Source: a virus
Length of the DNA stretch: 64,000 nucleotides
Direction: 5' to 3' (one strand)
Virus record (IMG/VR): IMGVR_UViG_640753020_000004
The position numbers were made by a program, and so were the translations under genes. Positions 1-8,897 of the stretch are shown here, in pieces; position 1 is the stretch's first letter, and the number at the start of each line of letters is the position of its first letter. Below the pieces are notes generated by a model that was not told where the DNA came from, did not search any database, and saw only the letters and a program-made list of their open reading frames with translations.

Positions 1-1768
1 CAACGGCTTCTTTTAAACATATTATACCACAATTATATTAAATTTAAACTCATTTAAATTTATTTTTATAAATTATAGTATTTCTATAGATGGGGATGTG
101 ATTATTATAAAGGCAGCCATATACAGTAGAAAATCCTTATTCACAGGTAAAGGTGAATCTATTGAAAATCAGATTCAGCTCTGTAAAGAATATGGAGAAA
201 AGAATTTAAATTTAAAAAATGATAATTTTATAATATATGAGGATGAAGGTTTTTCCGGTGGAAATACAAACAGACCTAAATTCCAAGAACTATTGAAAGA
301 TGTAAAAAAGAGAAAATTTGATGTTCTTATGTGTTATCGGCTTGATAGAATAAGCAGGAATGTTGCCGACTTCTCAACTACATTAGAATTACTACAACAA
401 CATAATATATCTTTTGTAAGCATAAAAGAGCAATTTGATACAAGCACTCCTATGGGTAAAGCTATGGTATATATATCCTCTGTATTCGCTCAGCTAGAAA
501 GGGAGACAATAGCAGAAAGAATTAGAGATAATATGATTCAACTTGCCAAAACAGGAAGATGGCTTGGCGGGCAAACTCCTCTAGGGTTTGATTCCCAAAA
601 AATACTTTATTACAATTCTGAAATGAAAGAAAAGTCTATGTATAAACTCTCCCCTGTAAAAGAAGAACTTAAAAAAGTTAAATTAATTTACAATAAATAT
701 ATAGAATTTGGTTCTATATCCTTAGTTCTTAAATACTTATTATCTAATAATATAAGAGGTAAAAACGGAGGAGATTTTGCATCTATGTCTATAAATGATA
801 TTTTAAGAAATCCTGTGTATGTTAAATCAGATGATGGAGTTTTTAAATATTTATCAGATTCGGGCATAATTACATGTGGTACTCCTAACGGTAATGGTAT
901 TATGACCTATAATAAACGTAATTCAAAATATGTACCTAAAAAAAAGACTGAATGGATTGCTGCTATAGGAAAACATGAAGGAGTTATAGATAGCAATACA
1001 TGGTTAGAGGTTCAATTTCGTTTAAATAAAAATAAAAAGAAAGCAAATCCGAGACAAGGAACTTCTAAAAAATCTTTATTATCCGGGGTTTTAAAATGTG
1101 CCTTGTGTGGTGCTCCTATGCGTGTATGCTATGGTAGACCTAAAAAAGATGGAAGTGAAAGAATATATTATTATATGTGTACAATGAAAGCTCATTCAGC
1201 TAAAAGCAGATGTGATAATCCTAATGTAAAAGGTCCAGAGCTTGAAAAGGCCATTATTGAAAATATTAAACAGCTAAATACAACTAAGATACTAAAAGAA
1301 TTACAAGTTGCCAAGAATGAAGCAGCTGTATCCATTGAAAATAATTTCACTGAAACAATAACTAAAGAAATTAAAGATAAAAGCGATCAAATAAATACAT
1401 TGCTGGAGCAACTAGCTCATACGAATGCAAACAATTCTATTGCATCTGAATTTATAACAAGTAAAATTGAATCTTTAGGAAATGAAATAAAAAAATTAAA
1501 TTTGAAATTGGAGAAATCCAAAGATACTAAACAAGAAAACATACAGAAGAAATTAAACTTTGAAATAATAGAAAAATCATTGCATGAATTTAATTCATCT
1601 TTTGATATGATAAAAGACACTTCTAAGAAAAGACTTATACTTGAGAATATAATTGATAAAGTTTACTGGAACGGTAATACTGGTGATGTTGATATCCAGT
1701 TATGGGGAAGTAAAAAAAAACACACACTTCGTCCTGTAGTTCGCTAAATATGTCGCAATACAATACGT
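1..1768 (+). mobile_element. Right end of an integrated element (prophage or excision element A) carrying a serine recombinase
   Basis: The recombinase is followed within ~20 bp by an abrupt switch into a host gene fragment. The rest of the element lies outside the window. Confidence 0.7.
98..1747 (+). CDS. Large serine recombinase/integrase (resolvase + recombinase + zinc-ribbon domains, SpoIVCA/CisA-like)
   Basis: YSRKS catalytic Ser, YEDEGFSG, RP.FQ, YRLDRISRN, FAQLERETIAER, GGQTPLGF, LKCALCG..YYMC..C zinc ribbon, C-terminal coiled coil. Confidence 0.95.
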   Translation: MIIIKAAIYSRKSLFTGKGESIENQIQLCKEYGEKNLNLKNDNFIIYEDEGFSGGNTNRPKFQELLKDVKKRKFDVLMCYRLDRISRNVADFSTTLELLQQHNISFVSIKEQFDTSTPMGKAMVYISSVFAQLERETIAERIRDNMIQLAKTGRWLGGQTPLGFDSQKILYYNSEMKEKSMYKLSPVKEELKKVKLIYNKYIEFGSISLVLKYLLSNNIRGKNGGDFASMSINDILRNPVYVKSDDGVFKYLSDSGIITCGTPNGNGIMTYNKRNSKYVPKKKTEWIAAIGKHEGVIDSNTWLEVQFRLNKNKKKANPRQGTSKKSLLSGVLKCALCGAPMRVCYGRPKKDGSERIYYYMCTMKAHSAKSRCDNPNVKGPELEKAIIENIKQLNTTKILKELQVAKNEAAVSIENNFTETITKEIKDKSDQINTLLEQLAHTNANNSIASEFITSKIESLGNEIKKLNLKLEKSKDTKQENIQKKLNFEIIEKSLHEFNSSFDMIKDTSKKRLILENIIDKVYWNGNTGDVDIQLWGSKKKHTLRPVVR

Positions 1769-1772
1769 CATG
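1748..1772. other. Putative attR-type junction of element A
   Basis: Element arm ATATGTCGCA..ATAC-GT-CATG directly abuts the start of host-like coding (CAT GCT CAC GCC TGG = HAHAW). The arm is related, inverted, to the arm at 2303-2331. Confidence 0.55.
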
Positions 1773-2308
1773 CTCACGCCTGGCTGTATGATGTAAACAA
1801 AATCGAACCAATTGTAAGAAACTATATCTTATCTAAAGGAATAAAATTAAACTTGATATCACGGGTAGTAGATGTTGAAATGAAAGTAAATAAAATTAAA
1901 GGTGTTTACACCTCTAATGGGGAATATGAAGAAGGTGATGTATTTATCGAAACTACAGGTTCCACAGGTCCTATGGGAAACTGTATGAAATACGGAAATG
2001 GATGCTCCATGTGTATACTAAGGTGTCCAACTTTTGGTCCGAGAATAAGTATAAGCAACTGTGCAGGAGCTGAAGATTTCCATGGAGAAAGGACAGATGG
2101 AAATTATGGAGCTTTTAGTGGCTCATGTAAACTTGCCAAGGAAACTTTATCTAAAGAGCTGGTAAATAAATTAGAAGAGGACGGTGTGGTTGTTCTTAAA
2201 GTTCCAAAAGAAGATATAAACTTGGATAAGCTAAAAAATAAAGTTTGCCAGCAATATGCTTTAAAGGAATTTGCGGAAAATATAGTACTTCTTGATACGG
2301 GACATGCA
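1769..2308 (+). pseudogene. Internal fragment of a clostridial FAD-dependent oxidoreductase (GidA-like family), lacking both N- and C-termini
   Basis: The frame is open from HAHAWLYDVNKIEPIVRNYILSKGIKLNLISRVVD (upstream of the 1853 start) through GSTGPMGNCMKYGNGCSMCILRCP to ENIVLLDTGHA, then stops after two more codons (GTA TGA). There is no N-terminal Rossmann motif. Family assigned from memory of the motif. Confidence 0.72.
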
Positions 2309-2331
2309 GTATGAACAAAACTGCAACATAT
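2303..2331. other. Putative attL-type junction of prophage B
   Basis: Host coding ends at GGA CAT GCA and is followed by CATG-CA-GTAT..TGCAACATAT, which mirrors the 1748-1772 arm. Confidence 0.55.
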
Positions 2332-2580
2332 AGAAATGTATTCAAAGATATTGAAAACTCTACCTCTACAATATATTATACACTTCCTGAAAGAACAATT
2401 GCACAAAAAATTTATAAATTAAGAATGATCAAAGGATATACCCAACGTGAATTTGCTGAAGTTTGTTCTATAGGCTATTCTTCTTTATGTAAATACGAAA
2501 TAGGATTATCAAAACCTAAGCACGTTAATTTGGAAAAGATATGTCAAACTTTCAATATGTCTATTGATTATTTTTTATAA
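2311..2580 (+). CDS. XRE-family HTH protein starting inside the att arm
   Basis: IYKLRMIKGYTQREFAEVCSIGYSSLCKYEIG HTH. Its ATG overlaps the TGA of the truncated host frame (ATGA). Confidence 0.8.
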   Translation: MNKTATYRNVFKDIENSTSTIYYTLPERTIAQKIYKLRMIKGYTQREFAEVCSIGYSSLCKYEIGLSKPKHVNLEKICQTFNMSIDYFL

Positions 2581-2594
2581 AGTGCAAAAGAAAG

Positions 2595-2618
2595 AAAGGG
2601 GTATTCTAAGCCCCTTTT
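2595..2618 (+). terminator. Rho-independent terminator
   Basis: AAAGGGG-loop-CCCCTTTT. Confidence 0.65.
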
Positions 2619-2689
2619 ACCACATTCTGAACTAATTCCTCCCCTGTGTCTACTATCTGGTATAATGGAATAAAAAGGGGGAGTGGTTT

Positions 2690-2881
2690 GTGTTTACAGG
2701 TTTGGATATGTTCAATGACGAACTTTTTGACTTGCTATATGAGAAGGTATTTGAGTTAGCAGCTATATATACTCCGGGCTATGATCTAAACATATATGAT
2801 GAAAGAGTTAAAGAAGAAATTGCAAGACAATTCGGAAGAAAGAATATGGAATGGTTTTATGATACGTGGAAAAAGATTTGA
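2690..2881 (+). CDS. Small hypothetical protein (63 aa) with its own promoter and terminator
   Basis: TATAAT upstream, GGGGGAG RBS, and a hairpin GAGAGC-tttg-GCTCTC plus T-run at 2880-2901. Confidence 0.65.
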   Translation: MFTGLDMFNDELFDLLYEKVFELAAIYTPGYDLNIYDERVKEEIARQFGRKNMEWFYDTWKKI

Positions 2882-2992
2882 GAGCTTTGGCTCTCTTTTT
2901 TATTTGAAAAATAAATATAAAATGCTTAGAGTTGGGTATAATGGTTAATACCATAAGAATACTTAAAGTCACTCATTTATGTTCTAATTGTG

Positions 2993-3021
2993 AAAGCCCT
3001 GGGTTTGGTCCTGGGCTTTTT
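2993..3021. terminator. Bidirectional-type hairpin terminator
   Basis: AAAGCCCTGG-loop-CCTGGGCTTTTT; related to the hairpin at 5439-5466. Confidence 0.65.
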
Positions 3022-3101
3022 ATTTAAATTATATTTATTCGAATTACATTATATCCAAGCATTTAATTTATTGATGAAATAGTATTATTATATAAAAATA
3101 C

Positions 3102-3130
3102 TTGATAAAATTATCATAATAATGTAAAAT
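3102..3130 (+). promoter_or_regulatory. Sigma-A promoter with a palindromic operator over the -35
   Basis: TTGATA-N17-TAAAAT; palindrome TGATAA-aa-TTATCA at 3103-3116. Confidence 0.65.
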
Positions 3131-3155
3131 TATTTATATCATATTTTAGAATGGA

Positions 3156-3830
3156 GTGTTTATTTTGATGATATATAAGAATGCTGATGAGTTAATCAAA
3201 CATGAAATAACTTTATCACTCAGGCGTACATTATATCCTATAATTCAAATTGGCGAACAAGTATTTAGAGAATTGTATAAAAATAATTATGCTATATTAA
3301 GTAGCAAATATTTTAAACCTATATTACCTAGAATACGCACAAAAGCTATATATTATCAATTTGAATTGGATTTATTACCCGAAAATTTCCCTTTTAAATG
3401 CAGAATGAAAAAAACTAATAATTTCGGCGAATATGTTCCTGAATTATCAGCTGGAAATATATTTTTACACATTGCATCTGCTAAAGATAAAGACAGTTTA
3501 CCATCACGTTCAAGGTACAAATTGGAATCTTCCTATTGTAATAATTTCGACGAAAAGCAAACAATCTTTGATTTTACAGATCAATCTAACCCTGCTATTA
3601 AAGACGATAAATATTATGGGATTATTACATATGGTGGTGCAGATACTCTTGAATTTTTAAATCTAATTATACCAAACTGTAAATTCGAAAAAATTCTATC
3701 CTCCCTAGACTTAAAATTAGAACTTAAATCTGTTAAAATTAGCTCTGAAGATAAAGATACTAAAAAGAAAGGTATTAAAATTCGAGATACAATATTAAAA
3801 GAACTTTTAAATGAAGAGAAAAGGCTGTGA
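3156..3830 (+). CDS. Hypothetical protein; candidate toxin (RmrT-like) of a two-gene operon. True start probably 3165 or 3168.
   Basis: Overlaps the next gene (GTGA), GGAG RBS at 3153, no recognisable domain. Confidence 0.6.
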   Translation: MFILMIYKNADELIKHEITLSLRRTLYPIIQIGEQVFRELYKNNYAILSSKYFKPILPRIRTKAIYYQFELDLLPENFPFKCRMKKTNNFGEYVPELSAGNIFLHIASAKDKDSLPSRSRYKLESSYCNNFDEKQTIFDFTDQSNPAIKDDKYYGIITYGGADTLEFLNLIIPNCKFEKILSSLDLKLELKSVKISSEDKDTKKKGIKIRDTILKELLNEEKRL

Positions 3831-4981
3831 TAAGAATGGTAAAAAACAATTTTGATATAGTCCCTGCAAGAATAAAAGAAGCAAGAGAGTCTCGTGGATT
3901 ATCAATGTCAGAACTATCAGAGTTAATAGAAGTAACAAGCCAGGCAATTTCCCAATACGAAAAAGGAATTATGAACCCTTCTGTATTCGTACTAAAGAAA
4001 ATGTCCAATGCACTTAATTTTCCAATTCAATTCTTTTATAAATCTGAAAATGAGCGAACGTGTGAAAATAGTGCCATATTTTTTAGAGCAATGAAAAGTA
4101 CTCCTAAAAAAATAAAGAATGCTTACAGCTATTATATTAAATGGGCTGATGATATATATAAGTACCTAAATAAATATATAAATTTTTATGATGTAAATTT
4201 ACCTGATATAAGTAACTATACCTACAAAGAACCAATTGACAACAAAACTATTGAAGAAATAGCTTTATATGTGAGAAAATATTGGAATTTAGGCGATAAC
4301 CCTATTCACAATATGGTAGATCTATTAGAAACGAATGGTATTATTATCTGTAGAATCAAATTTAAAAATAAAAAAATTGATGCTTTCTCACAATGGAATA
4401 ATGGAAAAGGATATATATTTTTGGGTAGTGAGAAAGGTTCTGCTGTAAGATCAAGATTTGATGCGGCACACGAATTAGGCCATTTATTATTACATCCAAC
4501 TTTGAAAATAAATGATGTATATAAAAAAGATGTTCTAAACAGAATTGAAGCTGAAGCGAATTATTTTGCTGGTGCCTTCTTAATGCCTATAACTTCATTT
4601 CCAACGGAGATAATTCATAATTCAGTAGATTATTTATTAATGTTAAAAGAGAAGTGGAAGGTTTCGGTCAATGCCATGATAATGCGATCCAAACAACTCA
4701 ATTTATTTACAGATAATCAGATAAGTTATCTGCAAAGGCAAATGACTTTAAAGCAAATGTGGAAACATGAGCCATTAGATGATATTTTGCAACCAGAAGA
4801 ACCTTCAATTTTTAAAGAGGCTTTTGAATTATTATTTGATAATAAAATACTTCATCCAGAACAAACAATTCAAGATATATGTTTAAATAAAGAAGATATT
4901 CAATCTATATGTTGCTTGCCAGATGAAATTTTTAAAATGAAACCAAAACAAAAAAAACTTGAATTAAAGATAATTAAATAA
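3827..4981 (+). CDS. XRE HTH fused to an ImmA/IrrE (Peptidase M78/DUF955) metallopeptidase; RmrA-like
   Basis: N-terminal HTH (RIKEARESRGLSMSELSELIEVTSQAISQYEKG), RSRFDAAHELGHLLLH zinc motif, EAEANYFAGAFLMP. Confidence 0.9.
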   Translation: MIRMVKNNFDIVPARIKEARESRGLSMSELSELIEVTSQAISQYEKGIMNPSVFVLKKMSNALNFPIQFFYKSENERTCENSAIFFRAMKSTPKKIKNAYSYYIKWADDIYKYLNKYINFYDVNLPDISNYTYKEPIDNKTIEEIALYVRKYWNLGDNPIHNMVDLLETNGIIICRIKFKNKKIDAFSQWNNGKGYIFLGSEKGSAVRSRFDAAHELGHLLLHPTLKINDVYKKDVLNRIEAEANYFAGAFLMPITSFPTEIIHNSVDYLLMLKEKWKVSVNAMIMRSKQLNLFTDNQISYLQRQMTLKQMWKHEPLDDILQPEEPSIFKEAFELLFDNKILHPEQTIQDICLNKEDIQSICCLPDEIFKMKPKQKKLELKIIK

Positions 4982-5030
4982 ACAAATTATTTGTTCTAAT
5001 TAATAAAAAACCTAGAATTTCATGAATCAT

Positions 5031-5098
5031 CTTTCCTTAACCTAAAGGAAATTCATAATAAATCTAGGCTTTATTTTTTTTAATAATTCCTAATAATC
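5031..5098 (+). terminator. Long hairpin/terminator after the HTH-peptidase operon
   Basis: CCTAGA..ATGAAT..TTCCTT-loop-AAGGAA-ATTCAT..TCTAGG followed by a T-run. Confidence 0.5.
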
Positions 5099-5438
5099 AC
5101 CTCACCATACCTGTAGTTCCTTATCCTTATACTTCCCCACCAGATTGTAATTTCTCTCAACCCCGTCTATACACTTTCAAAAAAATAGTATGATTGGTTG
5201 ATAATCATACTATTTGGAGTGTTGATTTAAAAAAACTAAACTTATTTTAGGTTGTGAAAAATTAATTAAGGGGGTTAGCCTTATAAGTATATGATATATG
5301 ATTTTACAAGGCGTGTAAATGGTTTCAAGGCATAAAGCTTTCTTTTGTTTTGAATTTATTGAATTTGGATATAATAATTAATGCTTACAAAACTACTATG
5401 TTATCTCTTTAATATCGTTTCAATATGTTTTAATCTAT

Positions 5439-5466
5439 AAAAGCCCTGGAGTTCACCAGGGCTTTT
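5439..5466. terminator. Bidirectional hairpin terminator
   Basis: AAAAGCCCTGG-agttca-CCAGGGCTTTT. Confidence 0.7.
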
Positions 5467-5550
5467 GCTATGTAAAACAAAGATAACCTTAAAAATAATT
5501 TTGAACATATACTACCACTCATTAATTAGTTTAATATACATTTACTTTAA

Positions 5551-6135
5551 TCATTTATTTTTGTTATGTTCGATATCCGCATTATCATCTACTTCAACAT
5601 CTTTATCATATTTTTCATTTTTCATTTTTGTATTTCTAAGAAAGGTCGTTACAATAGTTGCTATTCCCATTCCTCCAAATATAGTTCCCGATATAGAGTA
5701 ACCCTTTACTATGCATACCCCTCCAACAACAATCACAGTAATTGACACAATAAGTGCAGATATTATTCCTACGATACTATTCCTCGAACTTGAATCTAAA
5801 AACTTTTCCTCTAAACTATGTCTATGGTTCATTTGTTTTTCCGCCATACATATTATTCTATCAGCTGCACCAGGACATACTTTTTCGTATTTCTCAAAAA
5901 TTTCTGGAGGCGGAAGGGGGCCTGTAAAAATTGATCCTCTAAATACTTTTCTTTTTAAAGTTCTGTTTTCTTTTTTTAAGTCTTCTTTGTTTAGTATTTC
6001 AGAAGCTTCTACTTTTTCTTGTGGAATCCCTTCCGCTTCTTTAGGTAAAATCTCTTCTCCATTTTCTTCTTTTGAAGTTTCTTCTGGCTTTATTTCACCA
6101 TCTTGTAGTCCTCCTGATATCTTTTTATTGCCCAC
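5551..6135 (-). CDS. DUF2335 membrane protein
   Basis: FTGPLPPPEIFEKYEKVCPGAADRIICMAEKQMNHRH motif followed by two TM helices. Confidence 0.85.
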   Translation of the reverse strand: MGNKKISGGLQDGEIKPEETSKEENGEEILPKEAEGIPQEKVEASEILNKEDLKKENRTLKRKVFRGSIFTGPLPPPEIFEKYEKVCPGAADRIICMAEKQMNHRHSLEEKFLDSSSRNSIVGIISALIVSITVIVVGGVCIVKGYSISGTIFGGMGIATIVTTFLRNTKMKNEKYDKDVEVDDNADIEHNKNK

Positions 6136-6296
6136 TTTAAATCTCCTCCAACTTTATCCCAGTCATTTTTCATCTTATCAATATCTGACGTGCTAATTCC
6201 TATTAATGGCTGCTTGTCCCAATATGCTTTCTTTAATTCATTTAAATTTACAATTGTCTTTTTATTTAATTTTAGCTTTTGGTAAATTAATTTCAT
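6090..6296 (-). CDS. Small protein upstream of and overlapping DUF2335 (usual partner gene)
   Basis: GGGAGG RBS before ATG 6296; SDIDKMKNDWDKVGGDLKWAI motif. Confidence 0.6.
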   Translation of the reverse strand: MKLIYQKLKLNKKTIVNLNELKKAYWDKQPLIGISTSDIDKMKNDWDKVGGDLKWAIKRYQEDYKMVK

Positions 6297-6398
6297 ACAA
6301 TCATCCCTCCCACTAATATATAATACTATGTAAATATATAATAACATTTTGCTATAAAAAAGTACACCCTAGGCCAAATTAATGACCTAGGGTTAAAA

Positions 6399-6818
6399 TT
6401 ATTGAGCTGGTTGTACTGGAACTGTTGCACCATCTGTATTTTCTGCAGTCCCTTCCTTCACCTGAATAGGTGTCAATATCCCTTCCCCTATCTTGATAAC
6501 CCCATTACAAACCTCTTTATTTATAGCATCCAATTCATTCTGTGTAAGCCCTGGTATTATTTCAAGCAGCCTTTTCTCCATTTCAGCCTTTTTCTGTTCC
6601 CCTGCTTTAGCTAAATCTTTAAATTCATCTTCTAAAGCATAGTACAATCCATTTCCAATATTAAGAGCACGATTGTAATTATATGCATCTTTCTTAGCTG
6701 CAAGAGCCTGTTTCTGAACCTCTACTGCATCTGCAACCTTCTTGAGTACAAAGGTTCCTATAATTCCAAACACACCTATAATAAACTGTACTCCCATGCT
6801 TAATATTTGTTCTTTCAT
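6399..6818 (-). CDS. Holin (LL-H-like)
   Basis: One N-terminal TM helix, a charged tail, and a position immediately downstream of the endolysin. Confidence 0.7.
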   Translation of the reverse strand: MKEQILSMGVQFIIGVFGIIGTFVLKKVADAVEVQKQALAAKKDAYNYNRALNIGNGLYYALEDEFKDLAKAGEQKKAEMEKRLLEIIPGLTQNELDAINKEVCNGVIKIGEGILTPIQVKEGTAENTDGATVPVQPAQ

Positions 6819-6868
6819 TTGTTTTTACCTCCATAATTTATAATCTAAAAAGAGAGCCTTTCAGCTCC

Positions 6869-7708
6869 CTAATTATTCAAAAATACACTCCATGTCTCCA
6901 GTCTTAAAACCCCATCTGTCGGTCTTTCCCACCTCTTCTGTAGTTCAGTTACAGCTTGAAAAGTTGGTTCATCATAAATCATATCTGTATAGCTTCCTTT
7001 CTTTAAATAACCCCACATTTCTAATTTCTGCTGTAACCAGAGAACTATATGGGACTTGTGACCTTTTGCAATGATATTTCCAATGCTTTTGAGGTTGTCC
7101 AAGGTTTCCTGATAGATGTTACCGTCAGTATGTTGTAGTTTAGCATTATAATCAAGATTCATATTGTATTGAAGTGCTGCTATTTGAGATTTTAGTTTCG
7201 CATTCTTTACCTCTGTAATCAAAGAATCCACAGAGCTTCCATTTGCTAATCTTGCCTTAAAGTCATTCCACTTAGCCCAATTATTAGCACTTAAATTATG
7301 CGGACAGTCTTTCCTGCTGGCATCATAATGTCTTACTACATTATTAATAGAAACACCATATTTACTCATTAAACTTCTTACAAGCTCCAGAGTATTATTT
7401 ATGGTTGTATCGGAAATATACCCACCGGAATTGCACATTTCAATACCTATGGAATTATAGTTTGAAATACCATAAGCTCCATGACCATCTCCACAGTGCC
7501 ATGCTGCATTGGAATCTTCTACAACCTGATATATGGAAGTATCATCTACAAAATAATGTGCAGAGGCCTGTCTATCCCCTCCATTGAAATAAGTAGCATT
7601 TGCCAGAGCAGTATCCTTATAATTTCCTGTGTCATGCATAACTATAAACTTAATGCTATTTCCTGCTGAATGGTTGTAAGGTGATATTTTTCTTGTGATT
7701 GGTAACAT
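6869..7708 (-). CDS. Endolysin, N-acetylmuramoyl-L-alanine amidase (Amidase_2) with C-terminal peptidoglycan-binding region
   Basis: IVMHDTG, ASAHYFVDD, AWHCG, SIGIEMC, VVRHYDASRKDCP. Confidence 0.93.
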   Translation of the reverse strand: MLPITRKISPYNHSAGNSIKFIVMHDTGNYKDTALANATYFNGGDRQASAHYFVDDTSIYQVVEDSNAAWHCGDGHGAYGISNYNSIGIEMCNSGGYISDTTINNTLELVRSLMSKYGVSINNVVRHYDASRKDCPHNLSANNWAKWNDFKARLANGSSVDSLITEVKNAKLKSQIAALQYNMNLDYNAKLQHTDGNIYQETLDNLKSIGNIIAKGHKSHIVLWLQQKLEMWGYLKKGSYTDMIYDEPTFQAVTELQKRWERPTDGVLRLETWSVFLNN

Positions 7709-7724
7709 ATTACTTGCATCTCCT

Positions 7725-7979
7725 TTATTTTTTTAATAAAATTCCCATAACAAAAATAGAGACTGTGACAAATATACCAAGTCCCCATTTGATTGTTGAT
7801 ATGAAATCATCCATCTTTTTTATTAAGTTCCTAATTTCCGTTCTATTCTCAGTCTCGTTTCGTTCAAGCTCATCCAATCTATCAGAGTGGTTATCTAACC
7901 TCTTATCATGCGTTCCTAGTTTTTCTTTTATTTGTTCATGCTTCTCTTCACACAATTTCCCGTCATAGCATTCACTCAT
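7725..7979 (-). CDS. Hemolysin XhlA-family holin-like protein
   Basis: Coiled-coil N-terminus plus a C-terminal TM (IKWGLGIFVTVSIFVMGILLKK), upstream of the endolysin. Confidence 0.8.
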   Translation of the reverse strand: MSECYDGKLCEEKHEQIKEKLGTHDKRLDNHSDRLDELERNETENRTEIRNLIKKMDDFISTIKWGLGIFVTVSIFVMGILLKK

Positions 7980-8065
7980 AGTGCACCTCCTAGTTTTGTG
8001 TAAAATAAAAGAACCTGGTTAAACCAAGTTCTTTTGAGTTAGATATTTTTAGATTAATCTTAACA

Positions 8066-8170
8066 TCAATCTTTTTTCTGTGTCTTCTTGCTATGTTTAG
8101 TTTTAGAATTATTTTCTTTTCTCTCTTTTTCTTGTTTGCTTCCACAAGAAGAACAATGTTTTTCACCCAT
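8066..8170 (-). CDS. Small basic peptide, 34 aa (MGEKHCSSCGSKQEKERKENNSKTKHSKKTQKKD); not in the ORF track
   Basis: GGGAGG RBS, own upstream promoter-like sequence, downstream hairpin. Confidence 0.5.
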   Translation of the reverse strand: MGEKHCSSCGSKQEKERKENNSKTKHSKKTQKKD

Positions 8171-8453
8171 AGCACTTATTCCTCCCTAAATGAGATTTAC
8201 TGTAATATCCTTAATATTTTGTTCAATATAAAAATTATAATGCTATGAAATTAATAGTAAAAATAAGCATTCATTATTTGCTTATGCTACTAATATTTTA
8301 TTAAATAAATTGGGCATTAAAAAGAGCTCTGGATTTCTCCAAAACTCTGAATGTGTTATGACGTATTATCTTTGAAATATGAATATTGAACTATAGATCT
8401 CGTTCATATCTTATATTAAAATTTATTTTCCTTTTCTAATCTAAAATATTTAC

Positions 8454-8897
8454 TTAATATTTTTTGTTAAGGTGTTTAAAAATTAAAATTCCTATAATGT
8501 ATTGGAATACTAAAAATCCACCTAAATATAATATTATTAACTTAGAATTTTCCATTATATTAAGACTTCCGATTATAGAAAAGATAACTATAGATACAGA
8601 TATCATTATCATTCCAATAATATACGCATATCTTCCAGATTTATCTCTCAATATGGTTTTCCTTTCATCATGTATTTCAATATTTTCATTCTCAATTTTT
8701 TCTTTATACCTATCTTTATTTTCTGGTCTCGTCCAATAAAAATATTTCCATAAGATGACTGCTCCACTACAAATTCCTGCTCCTGCAAACCCAGATAATA
8801 AGCTCTCCATTTTTGACTCAAAATTTAATACAATGACTAAGCAAACAATTCCTACAAACAGGTATATCAGACCTATAAATAAATTACTTTTTTTCAT
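8454..8897 (-). CDS. Four-TM membrane protein (DUF2178-like), partner of the XRE regulator
   Basis: Start MKKSNLFIG at 8897 with a GGAG RBS; DERK..R.K.G motif between TM pairs. Confidence 0.7.
   Translation of the reverse strand: MKKSNLFIGLIYLFVGIVCLVIVLNFESKMESLLSGFAGAGICSGAVILWKYFYWTRPENKDRYKEKIENENIEIHDERKTILRDKSGRYAYIIGMIMISVSIVIFSIIGSLNIMENSKLIILYLGGFLVFQYIIGILIFKHLNKKY

Noticed and set aside
10-30. CATATTAT as a sporulation-sigma -10 for the recombinase
   Set aside because: The same bases read TG-G-TATAAT on the minus strand (a better extended sigma-A -10), and the -35 region is cut off by the window edge.
7990-8175. 61-aa ORF-track call
   Set aside because: No RBS. The RBS-supported frame is the 34-aa ORF at 8066-8170.
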